Shown: in pieces, positions 17,054-25,674 of the stretch | Numbering within the stretch: the first letter of the stretch is position 1 | How the letters are laid out: every line of letters begins with the position of its first letter | Source of the DNA: Hyphomicrobiaceae bacterium | GTDB lineage: Bacteria > Pseudomonadota > Alphaproteobacteria > Rhizobiales > Hyphomicrobiaceae | NCBI GenBank assembly: GCA_050186055.1 | Contig: JBFWYV010000001.1 | Location: 1 to 51,795, forward strand | Direction: 5' to 3' | DNA: 51,795 nt | Notes under the pieces: generated by a model | Told to the model about the DNA's origin: nothing | What the model saw: the letters and a program-made list of their open reading frames with translations, nothing else | Databases searched by the model: none | Position numbers and translations under genes: made by a program

Positions 17054-17604
17054 AGCATGTGGCCGACCACGATATGCATTTCCTGGATCGAGTTGGTGCG
17101 TGTCGAGGGAACGCGAATGGCAAGATCCGCGGCTTCGGCCAGCCGCCCGCCGCCCTGACCGGTCAATGCCACCGTCTTGATCCCGGCCTCGCGCGCCGCC
17201 TCGACGGCCTTGACCACATTGGCGCTGTTGCCGCTGGTAGACAGGCCGACCAGGACGTCTCCGGCGCGGCCGATGCCCTTGAGCTGGCGGCAGAACACCT
17301 CGTCATAGGCATAGTCGTTGGCGATCGCCGTCAGGGCAGACGTATCGACCGTAAGCGCCAGCGCCGGCAGCGGCGCGCGGTCCTTGAGGTACCGCCCCAT
17401 CAGTTCAGCCGCCAGATGCTGCGCATCCGCTGCCGAGCCGCCATTCCCGCAGAACATGACCTTCCCGCCTGATTTCAGCGAATCGACGAGCAGGTCGGCC
17501 GCAGCCGATATGACCTCCGCCTGCCCCTTCAGCAGCTTCATGTTCTCGGCGATGACATCGAGCTCGCCGACGACGCGCGCTGCCAGGTCCGGTCCCGCGC
17601 TCAT
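17023..17604 (-). CDS. gmhA: D-sedoheptulose-7-phosphate isomerase
   Basis: SIS domain: KVMFCGNGGSAADAQHLAAEL, LVGLSTSGNSANV, QEMHIVVGHMLC. Confidence 0.9.
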   Translation of the reverse strand: MSAGPDLAARVVGELDVIAENMKLLKGQAEVISAAADLLVDSLKSGGKVMFCGNGGSAADAQHLAAELMGRYLKDRAPLPALALTVDTSALTAIANDYAYDEVFCRQLKGIGRAGDVLVGLSTSGNSANVVKAVEAAREAGIKTVALTGQGGGRLAEAADLAIRVPSTRTNSIQEMHIVVGHMLCGFIEDALC

Positions 17605-18587
17605 CCCTCATCCCCCTGGAGCTTCTCTTGTCTGGCGGTTTCAACGAGGCACGCGCGCGTCGTCATCTGCGGCGTCCAGCCGAATGCTGCCGAGAAGCCG
17701 CTCGCATCGATCTCCAGGTCTCCGAGCAATTGCGTCGCAAGACGTGTCCCCCCGGCCGCTTTCAACGCCGGGCCGAGCAGGGGACCCGGAACGGGAAACA
17801 GCATGGATCTCATTCCGAACCCCTCGCGCAAGGCGGCCACGATATCTCCGGTCGAAACTACCTGTCTGTCCGCCAGCACGAAAGTCCCTGAAACGGCTCC
17901 GCGCCGCCGACGCTGGAGAACGGCGTCGATGGCAGAGGCCAGATTGTCGACGGACAGCAGGCTGCGCCGGTTCCGAACGCCGCCGAGCGGGAGAGGAATG
18001 GGCCTGCGCGAAAGCCGAAGCAGACGCCAAAGGTTGCCTTTTGCACCCGCTCCACACAGCAGCGGTAGTCTCAGGATGACCAGGGCCGGCCCGCCTTCCG
18101 TGGCCATCGCCGTGAGCGTCTCCTCCGCGGCGTGCTTCGAGCAGGCATAGGGCGAATGAGGATGCGGCGTGCTGGCGTCGTTGAACGGACGGCCTGGCGC
18201 CGAAACATCGCCGAGGACACCGATCGAGCTGATCTGAACGAAGCCGCGTACCCCCGCGGCGGCGGCTGCGCCGTAGAGCCGCTTGGCCCCGTCGGCATTG
18301 ACCCGATTGAACAAAGCGCCGGGATCCGGTGTTGTCTCTCGCATCACGTGGGCACGGCCGGCGAGGTTGACGACGGCCCACACCTCGTCGAGGGCATCGG
18401 TCCAGTCGGTGTCGGGCCCCACTTCGCCGATCTGGACGACGCGCACGTCGGCCGCTGCGGCCGACATCGCATTGCGCGGGCTGCGTGTGGCGAGCGTAAG
18501 GGGCCAGCCTCGTTTCGTCAGAAAAGGCACCAGATGCTGCCCGACGAAGCCCGTTGCGCCGGTGATCAAGACCCGCCCGGGTTCCAT
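17601..18587 (-). CDS. NAD-dependent sugar epimerase/dehydratase (extended SDR)
   Basis: VLITGATGFVGQHL Rossmann motif and YACSKHAAE (YxxxK). It overlaps gmhA by 4 nt. Confidence 0.8.
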   Translation of the reverse strand: MEPGRVLITGATGFVGQHLVPFLTKRGWPLTLATRSPRNAMSAAAADVRVVQIGEVGPDTDWTDALDEVWAVVNLAGRAHVMRETTPDPGALFNRVNADGAKRLYGAAAAAGVRGFVQISSIGVLGDVSAPGRPFNDASTPHPHSPYACSKHAAEETLTAMATEGGPALVILRLPLLCGAGAKGNLWRLLRLSRRPIPLPLGGVRNRRSLLSVDNLASAIDAVLQRRRRGAVSGTFVLADRQVVSTGDIVAALREGFGMRSMLFPVPGPLLGPALKAAGGTRLATQLLGDLEIDASGFSAAFGWTPQMTTRACLVETARQEKLQGDEG

Positions 18588-18659
18588 CGTGTCCAGTCCC
18601 TCACCGCGTTTCCCGGCTGCCCGATCCGCAATTGCGATTGCGGACCGATACGCCCCGCG

Positions 18660-19973
18660 TCATTCCCTGCTGCGGGCGATGTGGATCGCGCTTGCCATGA
18701 GCATGACCGAGATCATGAACGCGGACATGAACCACGCCTGCCACATCCCCCAGCTGAAGGCCGCCGTCACGGCTGCCGTCACAAATCCCGCCAGCGCATA
18801 AGGCTGCGCGCGTTCGCTCAATCGGCCGATCAGGTTCAAGAGCACGAGGCCGAACGTGAGCAGGAAGGCCGCCCCGATCCCGCCCAGCTCGTACCATGTC
18901 TGCAGATAGACATTATGTGCGTGACGGCTTGTGGTCAGCGGAAACGCGAAGCCTTCCGGTCTGATTTGCGTGTTGCCTTCCGCGGTGAAATCGATCTTCG
19001 TCGATCGCACGCCGATGCCGCCGATCGGCGCCTCACTCACCTTTTGCGCCGTCACCCCCCAGAGGATGATGCGTTGCTTGACTGGCGTAGGCAGTTGCTG
19101 GACCAGATGCAGCTCCTGCTTGAAGGCGAACAGCGCCAGCGGCACGACCAGCAGCACGGCGGCGATCCATCCGATCGCCGCCAGTCTGCGCATCAGCACC
19201 GGCTTCGACCTGGCGATCAGGAAGGCCAGGCCGCTCAACACCACAGCCATTTTCGAGGTCTCGTGCACCGACGCATACGCGCAGACCGCGGCGGCGGCAA
19301 ACAATGTGACCATCGCCATGCGTGCTCGGCTCGCGTCGCAGCGGCAGGCGATGATCAGCATGGCCGGCCACAGCGCGAGTTGTTGCGCGGCCAGATTGAA
19401 ATTCAAACCATCCAGGCGCATCGCGACGATCACGCCATTCTCGATCGTCAGGTTCTTGTCGGGCGGCCGAATGGCCGGAATCAGATTGAACAGGAAACGC
19501 TCGATCGCTTGCCCCGACAGCAATTCGATCATCAGGTAGGCCGTGCCGATGCCGATACCGATCAGCATGCCTTCCACGATGCGCGCAAGCGCGGCCTCCG
19601 AGGCTTGCCGCGTCCACGCAATAGCGAGTTGTGTCAGCGCGAGCAGCAGCGCCACCTCGCCGATTTTGGCGTAGGCCGTTGGCGGGCTCACGGCCCATGT
19701 GGCATTGACGCAAAGGTAGATGAGGAACCCGCCGATCGTGAGCCACAGCGCATTGCGCTCCGGGATCAGCGCCGGCGGATTGGTCAGCGCCAGCATCACC
19801 GCCGGCAGTGCCAGCAGGACGAGGATGCCCGGCGACGCGCGCGGTCCCAGCAGGAACACGATAAGCGCAATCATGAACACCGTGCCGAGAACGCGCGGCG
19901 GCAACGCAACGCCTGCGTGCGGCGCGGGCAAGGCCGGGTCCGGGACTCCGTTGGCGAAGACCGGCATGGTCAC
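18660..19973 (-). CDS. O-antigen ligase family (Wzy_C domain) membrane protein, WaaL/RfaL-like
   Basis: Polytopic protein with a periplasmic loop ending SRHAHNVYLQTWYELGGIGAAFL, the HxHN..L...E.G..G signature of the Wzy_C family. Confidence 0.75.
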   Translation of the reverse strand: MTMPVFANGVPDPALPAPHAGVALPPRVLGTVFMIALIVFLLGPRASPGILVLLALPAVMLALTNPPALIPERNALWLTIGGFLIYLCVNATWAVSPPTAYAKIGEVALLLALTQLAIAWTRQASEAALARIVEGMLIGIGIGTAYLMIELLSGQAIERFLFNLIPAIRPPDKNLTIENGVIVAMRLDGLNFNLAAQQLALWPAMLIIACRCDASRARMAMVTLFAAAAVCAYASVHETSKMAVVLSGLAFLIARSKPVLMRRLAAIGWIAAVLLVVPLALFAFKQELHLVQQLPTPVKQRIILWGVTAQKVSEAPIGGIGVRSTKIDFTAEGNTQIRPEGFAFPLTTSRHAHNVYLQTWYELGGIGAAFLLTFGLVLLNLIGRLSERAQPYALAGFVTAAVTAAFSWGMWQAWFMSAFMISVMLMASAIHIARSRE

Positions 19974-20054
19974 GTACTCCCCGTGTCAGCGATCGCCGCC
20001 GCTCTCGACCGGATCGAGGTTCAACTGCGGACAGCCCTGCATTGTCTCACGCCG

Positions 20055-20855
20055 TCAGAATTGCAGCCGCTTGGCGTAGGCCCTGACTCCGAAGTTCGCC
20101 AGGCACCAGGCCGCCGACGGCAGCGATAGACCCTCGACATTGCGATAGATGTTCCACACCCATCCCGCCGATCGCATGCGCTTGCTCGAGACCGAGTTGC
20201 CCCGCACCCGGTATCTCGCGAGATCCTCTCTTAGCCCACGCGCCACATGGCCGCGCTTGAGAATGCTGAGCCACAGGCAGAAGTCGTCATAGCCTTCGTT
20301 GGTCATGCGGATTTCGCCGGCGACCTCCCTGTCGACCATCGCCGTCAGCGTGGCGATCGCTGTATTGCACAGGAGCTGCCTGTAGGTAAGGCTGTTCGGG
20401 ACCTCGATCAGCCGCCCGACCGTGGCGCCATCGTCGCTGATCCGGCGGAAACACGTGTACGACAACGCAGTCGGATGCTCGGCCATGAAATGAAGCTGGC
20501 GATCGAGCTTTTGCGGCAGCCACAGATCGTCGCTGTCGAGAAAGGCGATATACCGCCCGCTGGCGGCGTCGAGCGCCGACTGGCGCGTCAGCGCCGGGCC
20601 GCCGTTCTGCGTGCGCCGGATCAGCTTGACGCGGGCGTCGTCCCGGGAGAATTGCTCGACCAGCCGGCAGGTGCCGTCGCTGGAGCAGTCGTCCACGACC
20701 AGCATCTCCCAATCCGCCACGGTCTGAGCCTGCACCGAGCGGATCGTCTCGGCCAGAACGTCTTCGGCATTCCAGGCGGGGGTGATGATGGATACGAGCG
20801 GCATTCCCGATGGCTCTCGCGCTAGGGCGGCGAGTTTCCCTGCTTCGATCCGCAA
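20055..20855 (-). CDS. Family 2 glycosyltransferase
   Basis: VSIITPAWNAEDVLAETIRSVQAQT..MLVVDDCSSDGT..YIAFLDSDDLW (DxD). The internal Met of MPLVSIITP (20804) is an alternative start. Confidence 0.85.
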   Translation of the reverse strand: MRIEAGKLAALAREPSGMPLVSIITPAWNAEDVLAETIRSVQAQTVADWEMLVVDDCSSDGTCRLVEQFSRDDARVKLIRRTQNGGPALTRQSALDAASGRYIAFLDSDDLWLPQKLDRQLHFMAEHPTALSYTCFRRISDDGATVGRLIEVPNSLTYRQLLCNTAIATLTAMVDREVAGEIRMTNEGYDDFCLWLSILKRGHVARGLREDLARYRVRGNSVSSKRMRSAGWVWNIYRNVEGLSLPSAAWCLANFGVRAYAKRLQF

Positions 20856-20919
20856 AACGCCTGTCGTTGCACGGATGTCGTCAGGTCATGTCGTGGCGAC
20901 CCGCAGGCCCCCGCCGTTT

Positions 20920-22479
20920 CTATGCGCCATTTCTACGTGTCATCCAGCCCGCAATCACGGGCATCTCTTCCGTTGTCCCACCTGATAGCACCGTCTCCAG
21001 CGATTGAACGAACGTTCCTATCAGGCCCTCGTCGGCGACATACAATTCCCCCGGTGCCGATCGATCCCACGCCGTCTGGAAGTATTTTGCGGCCTCATTG
21101 CGGTCGACGTCCGGCCGCGCCAAAGCTTCGCGGATGCGGTCGCCGAGATCGTGCAGCCGGTTCGCTCGCAGGACCAGCGGGCATTTTCCATAGAAGGCGT
21201 CGCCCAGCACCACAACCTGCTTGCCGAGCAGCAGCGCTTCCGCGCCTGATTTGCTGTTGACCGAGACCACGGCATCGGCCCGTTCCAGGATCGAGAAGTT
21301 GTTGGACTTTGGCGCGAGCACCACAAGGTTGTCGTAACGCCGGATGAGCTGCTTCAGCCGCGCAGCCGGGATCGCCCCGATCTGCGCGGGGTGCTCCTTG
21401 ATCGCGAGCATATGCGACGCCGGTATGACGCGGAGAATATAGTCGATGAGCGCGAGCTGATCGAGATACTCCGGCGACCGCAGCGTCAGCGCCATATCGG
21501 CCGGCACATGCAGCGGGTAATAGATGAACGGCTTGCCCTCGGGCAGCCCCTGGTAGTGGCGCTGCATCGACACCGCGTTGCGCACCATCAGGGCATGCGA
21601 ACGGGCGTGATGCAGATTGTGGCCGAATTCCTGGTGCTTTCCGAGCACATACTGGTCGTAGAGCTTCTCGCCCAATCGGCGAACGTTGCGGAAGTTTGCG
21701 ACTTTCGTTACCGCGGGCGCGTACTGATGCCGGTCCTTGATCGGCACCACGATCGCCTGCGAGCGGTAGGTCTGCTCCAGATAACGCGCCACCTCGCCGC
21801 TGACGGCTTCAGCCGGGCGGTCCATCGCTTGCAGGGCTTTGAACGTGTTTGCAACAAAGAACATCCGTCCACGGAAGAAAGATGGTTCCAGAAACCAGTT
21901 GTCGATGCCGCGCCGGCGCGCGGCGTGGAAGCTGGCGATGACCGAGAGGAACCCGCCGAGTTCCTGCACCATCACCGCGCTCTTGCCGGCGGTTTGCAAT
22001 CGATCGAGAACGCCCTCCAGTGCGTTCGAGTAGATCACGAAGCGCCGCGCCAGCGCTCCCGTGTCGCGGATCGCGAACGTCACCCGCTCATGGCTGAGTA
22101 GCAGGTTGACATTGTCGATACCGTAGTCATCGATCCGCCTGCGGAACATCGCATCGATGTCGCTGTCCGCATCGAGGCCGGCGAGCCCGTCCCGGAATAT
22201 GTTGTTCGCCGGAACCCCGGCAGCCTGCGCCATCTCGAAGCTGCGGTCGTCGAACGCCAGCAACTCGACCGCGCGTCCGTGAGCGATCAGCAGCTTAGCC
22301 ACAGGCAGCCAGAAGCGGGTCTGGTACGCCGCAAGCGTCGTGATCAGTATCGTCGAATCCGGATGCGGTCTGGCCATTTTGCTCATCGCTGCTGCCATCG
22401 GGATGGGAACGGCGGCAATTGAACGAGAGTTCTCTCCCCACTTCATCCCCTGCGCGTTCGCGAACGCAAGCACGCGCAC
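20920..22479 (-). CDS. Capsule polysaccharide biosynthesis protein (Capsule_synth; KpsS/KpsC/LipB-like putative ulosonic-acid transferase)
   Basis: YYPLHVPADMALTLRSPEYLDQLALIDYILRVIP..LAIKEHPAQIG..VVSVNSKSGAEALLLGKQVVVLGDAFY resembles the KpsS/KpsC family core. The start is uncertain, with several in-frame Met. Confidence 0.65.
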   Translation of the reverse strand: MRVLAFANAQGMKWGENSRSIAAVPIPMAAAMSKMARPHPDSTILITTLAAYQTRFWLPVAKLLIAHGRAVELLAFDDRSFEMAQAAGVPANNIFRDGLAGLDADSDIDAMFRRRIDDYGIDNVNLLLSHERVTFAIRDTGALARRFVIYSNALEGVLDRLQTAGKSAVMVQELGGFLSVIASFHAARRRGIDNWFLEPSFFRGRMFFVANTFKALQAMDRPAEAVSGEVARYLEQTYRSQAIVVPIKDRHQYAPAVTKVANFRNVRRLGEKLYDQYVLGKHQEFGHNLHHARSHALMVRNAVSMQRHYQGLPEGKPFIYYPLHVPADMALTLRSPEYLDQLALIDYILRVIPASHMLAIKEHPAQIGAIPAARLKQLIRRYDNLVVLAPKSNNFSILERADAVVSVNSKSGAEALLLGKQVVVLGDAFYGKCPLVLRANRLHDLGDRIREALARPDVDRNEAAKYFQTAWDRSAPGELYVADEGLIGTFVQSLETVLSGGTTEEMPVIAGWMTRRNGA

Positions 22480-22609
22480 GGCTGAATTCGGTTCCCCATA
22501 GAAGGATTCATCTGTAGCACTGGCCTGCGAAGCCCGCCCTTCCGATAACGGATACGAACAGACCGTGTCCAGCGGATATTAGCATAAGGGATCGCGGTTC
22601 GATTCCAAC

Positions 22610-24022
22610 CTATGCTTCTTCCAGCCGGAAACCTCCACGTTCACCGGAACGAAAATGCCAGATGGCAAATCCGATCGATAAACATAAACTGAAAAGCAAA
22701 CCCGTCGGGGCATCGAAGATAACGTTGTCTACCAAAAAGGTTGCAGCGAAACACGCGAGCATTAGGTGTATTGCAAGAAAACAAGATTGGTACTGAATTT
22801 CTTGGTTCTTAAAAAATTGACGGAGGGATAGCAGACCGATTGATGCCAAGGGAATCACAAGACAAAAGAGACCCAGAAGCCCAGCCTGCAAGAAAACAAA
22901 CCAGAAGTCACCATGCGCATGAATATAATGACGTTCCGGCAGCTTTCCGAAAAGCAGATTGACAACTCTCGGTTCCTCCAGAACCTTCTTAACTTTCTCC
23001 AGATCCAAAAGCCGGGTGGTTATAGAATCCGAGTGAAAGGCACAGCTTTCCGGGTATCCTACAACTTTCGATCCGCAAACTAGATCAGCAACCAGTGTAT
23101 TATGAATGGTATCTCCAAATGGAGCAGGAAAAAGCGCAATTTGCCCGGCACAACTCGCAAGTACAAGCACACCGATTAGCGCAACCCAGCCGCGATTGAA
23201 TCCCACAAGCAATACGAAATACGCTAACAGCCCGAAAGAAATCAAAACTTGGCTAAGCGATCCCGTCCGAATCGTAGCTATATTCAAAAAGATAGCGATT
23301 AGACTTAAGGCGACTCTGGTTCCAGTACTTTTCACGAACCACAGGAGCGCGAGAGAAATTGCCAAAGCCAAATTGAGGGCAAACCCGAATCTGTTTGGAT
23401 TAAGCAAGAACCCGGTAAATGGCACGTAACCAACGTAAGGATCGTCGCTCCATAGTGCCAAACTGGGCATCACTTCCGATAAGAATACGCTGAAAGCAAC
23501 CTGAAAGAAAACGCTACCCATGAAGATAATAGCACATGTCCGGAGTAAAGATGTCAAATCCCGATCGCGTTGGGCTAAAATGAGAAAACACAGCCACGAC
23601 GGCAGAAGAAAAGATTTCGCCATCTGGTAGGCTAACGGAAGCGTAGAAGAGGATGAAGCCAGAATTGCTGCTATGAGTATCCAAAGAAAATATAATAATG
23701 CCACCAACTGCACATCCAGGCGGTTCAGGAAGAGTTTTCGGATTGATGACAAATCCGACCTGAAAGTAAAGTATAATAGAAATGTCAAGAACGATCCAAC
23801 AATTACGATTTCATCGCTCGCCCTAACAATAAACGGAGCATAAGACGTTCCTTTCGAAAATGGAAAAATATAGTATAAAGCGGTTATATTCAATGCCACA
23901 AATAGATTGACTGTTACGGCAATCTTTATAATGGCACCCCAACTAAGATGGTCAAGCTTGGTGCTGATCAATTTACAGTTCCTTCCCGGCGCAATTTTTT
24001 CGCTAAGCTTACGCAGGAACAA
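22610..24022 (-). CDS. Low-GC polytopic membrane protein, Wzy_C-type (O-antigen polymerase Wzy, or ligase/O-oligosaccharyltransferase-like)
   Basis: At least 10 hydrophobic segments. The late loop reads ERHYIHAHGDFWFVFLQAGLLGLF, reminiscent of the Wzy_C H..H motif. Sampled lines are about 35-53% GC, against about 65% in the flanks. Confidence 0.6.
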   Translation of the reverse strand: MFLRKLSEKIAPGRNCKLISTKLDHLSWGAIIKIAVTVNLFVALNITALYYIFPFSKGTSYAPFIVRASDEIVIVGSFLTFLLYFTFRSDLSSIRKLFLNRLDVQLVALLYFLWILIAAILASSSSTLPLAYQMAKSFLLPSWLCFLILAQRDRDLTSLLRTCAIIFMGSVFFQVAFSVFLSEVMPSLALWSDDPYVGYVPFTGFLLNPNRFGFALNLALAISLALLWFVKSTGTRVALSLIAIFLNIATIRTGSLSQVLISFGLLAYFVLLVGFNRGWVALIGVLVLASCAGQIALFPAPFGDTIHNTLVADLVCGSKVVGYPESCAFHSDSITTRLLDLEKVKKVLEEPRVVNLLFGKLPERHYIHAHGDFWFVFLQAGLLGLFCLVIPLASIGLLSLRQFFKNQEIQYQSCFLAIHLMLACFAATFLVDNVIFDAPTGLLFSLCLSIGFAIWHFRSGERGGFRLEEA

Positions 24023-24092
24023 GGGACAACGGACGTGTCACTGTGAATTGACGCGGAAAATTAACTCGGCAGGCTATGCGATTCTTTTGGCT

Positions 24093-24530
24093 TCAGCGGC
24101 GTGCTCCATTCGGATAGCAACGCTCGGTTCTGCGATCAAAGTCGAACCCATCCGGGCACCAGCCGTATCTGTGCCGCACGCCGCGCCTGGATGCTCCATT
24201 CGGATAGCAACGCTCGGTTCTGCGATCAAAGTCGAACCCATCAGGACACCAGCCATATCTGTGCCGCGTACCACGCCTGACTGCTCCATTTGGATAGCAA
24301 CGCTCTGTTCTGCGATCAAAGTCGTAGCCGTGCGGACACCATCCATAACGCACTTGAATCGGCATAGGTCGTGGATCGACGCCGACCAAGGGTTGACCTG
24401 GGGTTGACCACGCGCTGCGTGCGTTAATTTGAGCATCAGCGCTAGTTGACATGAAGGCAAACACAACCATAGCCGTTGTGCTTAACGCTAGTGCAAATAT
24501 CTTGTCCGTTAGCTTGGGAGATATGGTCAT
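24093..24530 (-). CDS. Small secreted protein with three 30-aa Cys-containing tandem repeats
   Basis: ATG 24530. The signal peptide is MTISPKLTDKIFALALSTTAMVVFAFMSTSADA. The repeats read RYGWCP(H/D)G(Y/F)DFDRRTERCYPNGAxRRGxRH, 2.8 copies. The longer 24623 start adds a non-signal-like extension. Confidence 0.65.
   Translation of the reverse strand: MTISPKLTDKIFALALSTTAMVVFAFMSTSADAQINARSAWSTPGQPLVGVDPRPMPIQVRYGWCPHGYDFDRRTERCYPNGAVRRGTRHRYGWCPDGFDFDRRTERCYPNGASRRGVRHRYGWCPDGFDFDRRTERCYPNGARR
24096..24350 (-). repeat. Tandem ~90-bp coding repeats (about 2.8 copies)
   Basis: The near-identical block gctccattcggatagcaacgctcggttctgcgatcaaagtcgaaccca occurs at about 24102 and about 24192. A diverged copy (gctccatttggatagcaacgctctgttctgcgatcaaagtcgtagcc) lies at about 24282. 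The period is 90 bp, or 30 codons. Confidence 0.85.
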
Positions 24531-24743
24531 TCGTCCATTCCGATACCGAAGAGAACTCTGAGAATTATTCCAAACCGTACATGAACCGAACATGAAAGGG
24601 CTGCATGATGAAGTAAATGGCAAAATTGGGGCCCACCCTTTGCATCAACAGCAAAATGCAATGCAAAGCGAACAGCCGCACTAATGCTCGATAGGCGCAA
24701 TTTAGGCCCAAGGTAGGGAGAGCCCAGATGATTCCGGTGCATC

Positions 24744-25658
24744 TTACTGAGTTATCAGCGGCTCCCAAGCATAGAGCTGGCCGTCATTTCTGATCGTCGG
24801 AGCGAAGCGCATGCGCTCCCGCGCTACGATGCGAATGCGACCGGCTTTCTCTAGCCCGTCCAATACGGTGAACAGCCTGTTCTGGTAATCGACGGACTTG
24901 AGGTAGACAAAGCTCACAACGTCGCGCGGCTTCGTCAAACTCAGCATTTCCGCCGCCGGTTCGATGTTGATGACGCGCCTGGGGCGCGCGGCAAGAATGT
25001 TTTCAATAACGGCTTCAACGGCGTAAGGGATCTGCTCGATACAGAAAAAAGTGAACGCCGTTTGGCCCGCGATTTCCCTGAAACCAGTATCGGCGCTGTC
25101 GGTAAGGTCGATACGATCGAAGCTGATCCGATCCGACAGCCCGTAATGTCGTGCGATCGCGCGACCTGCCTCGATTCCGTTGGGTGCAACATCGAGTCCG
25201 CGCAGGCTTCTCCATCGCCGATCGAAACTGAGCGAAAACAGATTGTAGCCAAAGCCGGCGCCGAGTTCTAGCAGGCTTTCGCTGTCACCGGCATGCCGCG
25301 CCAGAAGAGAGGAAAGCGCCTTCAGCCTATAGCGGTAGTAGTCGTCCGTGCCGATGGCAACGATGCGGCCATCGACTTTTGCCAAGCGTTCGCGACGGTT
25401 GCTGCCGATCAGGAAGGCGTCGAGATCGCACTTTTCCCAGTCGCGAGCGCTTAGCACCCTCCCCCAGTGTCCCACATTGTATTCTTCGTTGACGACGCCG
25501 GCGTTTCGCCGAACCCGCTTGAACATCAGGCGTTGCGCGCTGCGGGCAAGATCCGCTGCATAGGCTTTCGAACGCTGGGCTACGCTAGCCTCTCTCATCC
25601 GCGGTGCACCGGTTCCAAGAGGTCGAGTAGCCGTCGGCTGAGAGGCAGGAGGCTGCAT
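24744..25658 (-). CDS. Class I SAM-dependent methyltransferase
   Basis: Motif I is LLELGAGFGYNL, with RGLDVAPNG downstream. ATG 25658 avoids overlap with the upstream gene. The 25769 start in the track overlaps it by about 95 nt. Confidence 0.7.
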   Translation of the reverse strand: MQPPASQPTATRPLGTGAPRMREASVAQRSKAYAADLARSAQRLMFKRVRRNAGVVNEEYNVGHWGRVLSARDWEKCDLDAFLIGSNRRERLAKVDGRIVAIGTDDYYRYRLKALSSLLARHAGDSESLLELGAGFGYNLFSLSFDRRWRSLRGLDVAPNGIEAGRAIARHYGLSDRISFDRIDLTDSADTGFREIAGQTAFTFFCIEQIPYAVEAVIENILAARPRRVINIEPAAEMLSLTKPRDVVSFVYLKSVDYQNRLFTVLDGLEKAGRIRIVARERMRFAPTIRNDGQLYAWEPLITQ

Positions 25659-25674
25659 CGCGATGCACTCCGCG

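Noticed and set aside
18132-20129. 665-aa plus-strand ORF opposite the O-antigen ligase-like gene
   Set aside because: The sequence is Arg/His/Asp-rich and low in complexity, with no domain signature. The minus-strand partner is a coherent polytopic membrane protein with the Wzy_C motif, so this is a shadow ORF.
22596-22606. GGTTCGATTCC (tRNA T-loop-like 11-mer) exactly at the high-GC/low-GC boundary, suggesting a tRNA-fragment att site
   Set aside because: The flanks do not form a T-stem: cgcgg against ccaac gives only 2 of 5 pairs. No acceptor, anticodon or D arms can be built. I found no matching direct repeat at the other edge of the low-GC insert (about 24.6-24.75 kb), and there is no integrase. 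It is most likely chance or too degraded to call.
24096-24350. Regular ~90-bp repeats that might be mistaken for a CRISPR-like or satellite array
   Set aside because: The repeats are contiguous with no unique spacers, and the period is a multiple of 3. They lie entirely within one ORF and translate into a conserved 30-aa peptide unit. These are coding tandem repeats, not CRISPR.
22480-24743. Low-GC insert as a mobile genetic element
   Set aside because: No transposase, integrase, recombinase, inverted terminal repeats or target-site duplications were seen on either strand. Low GC is common for wzy-type genes acquired by homologous cassette exchange.
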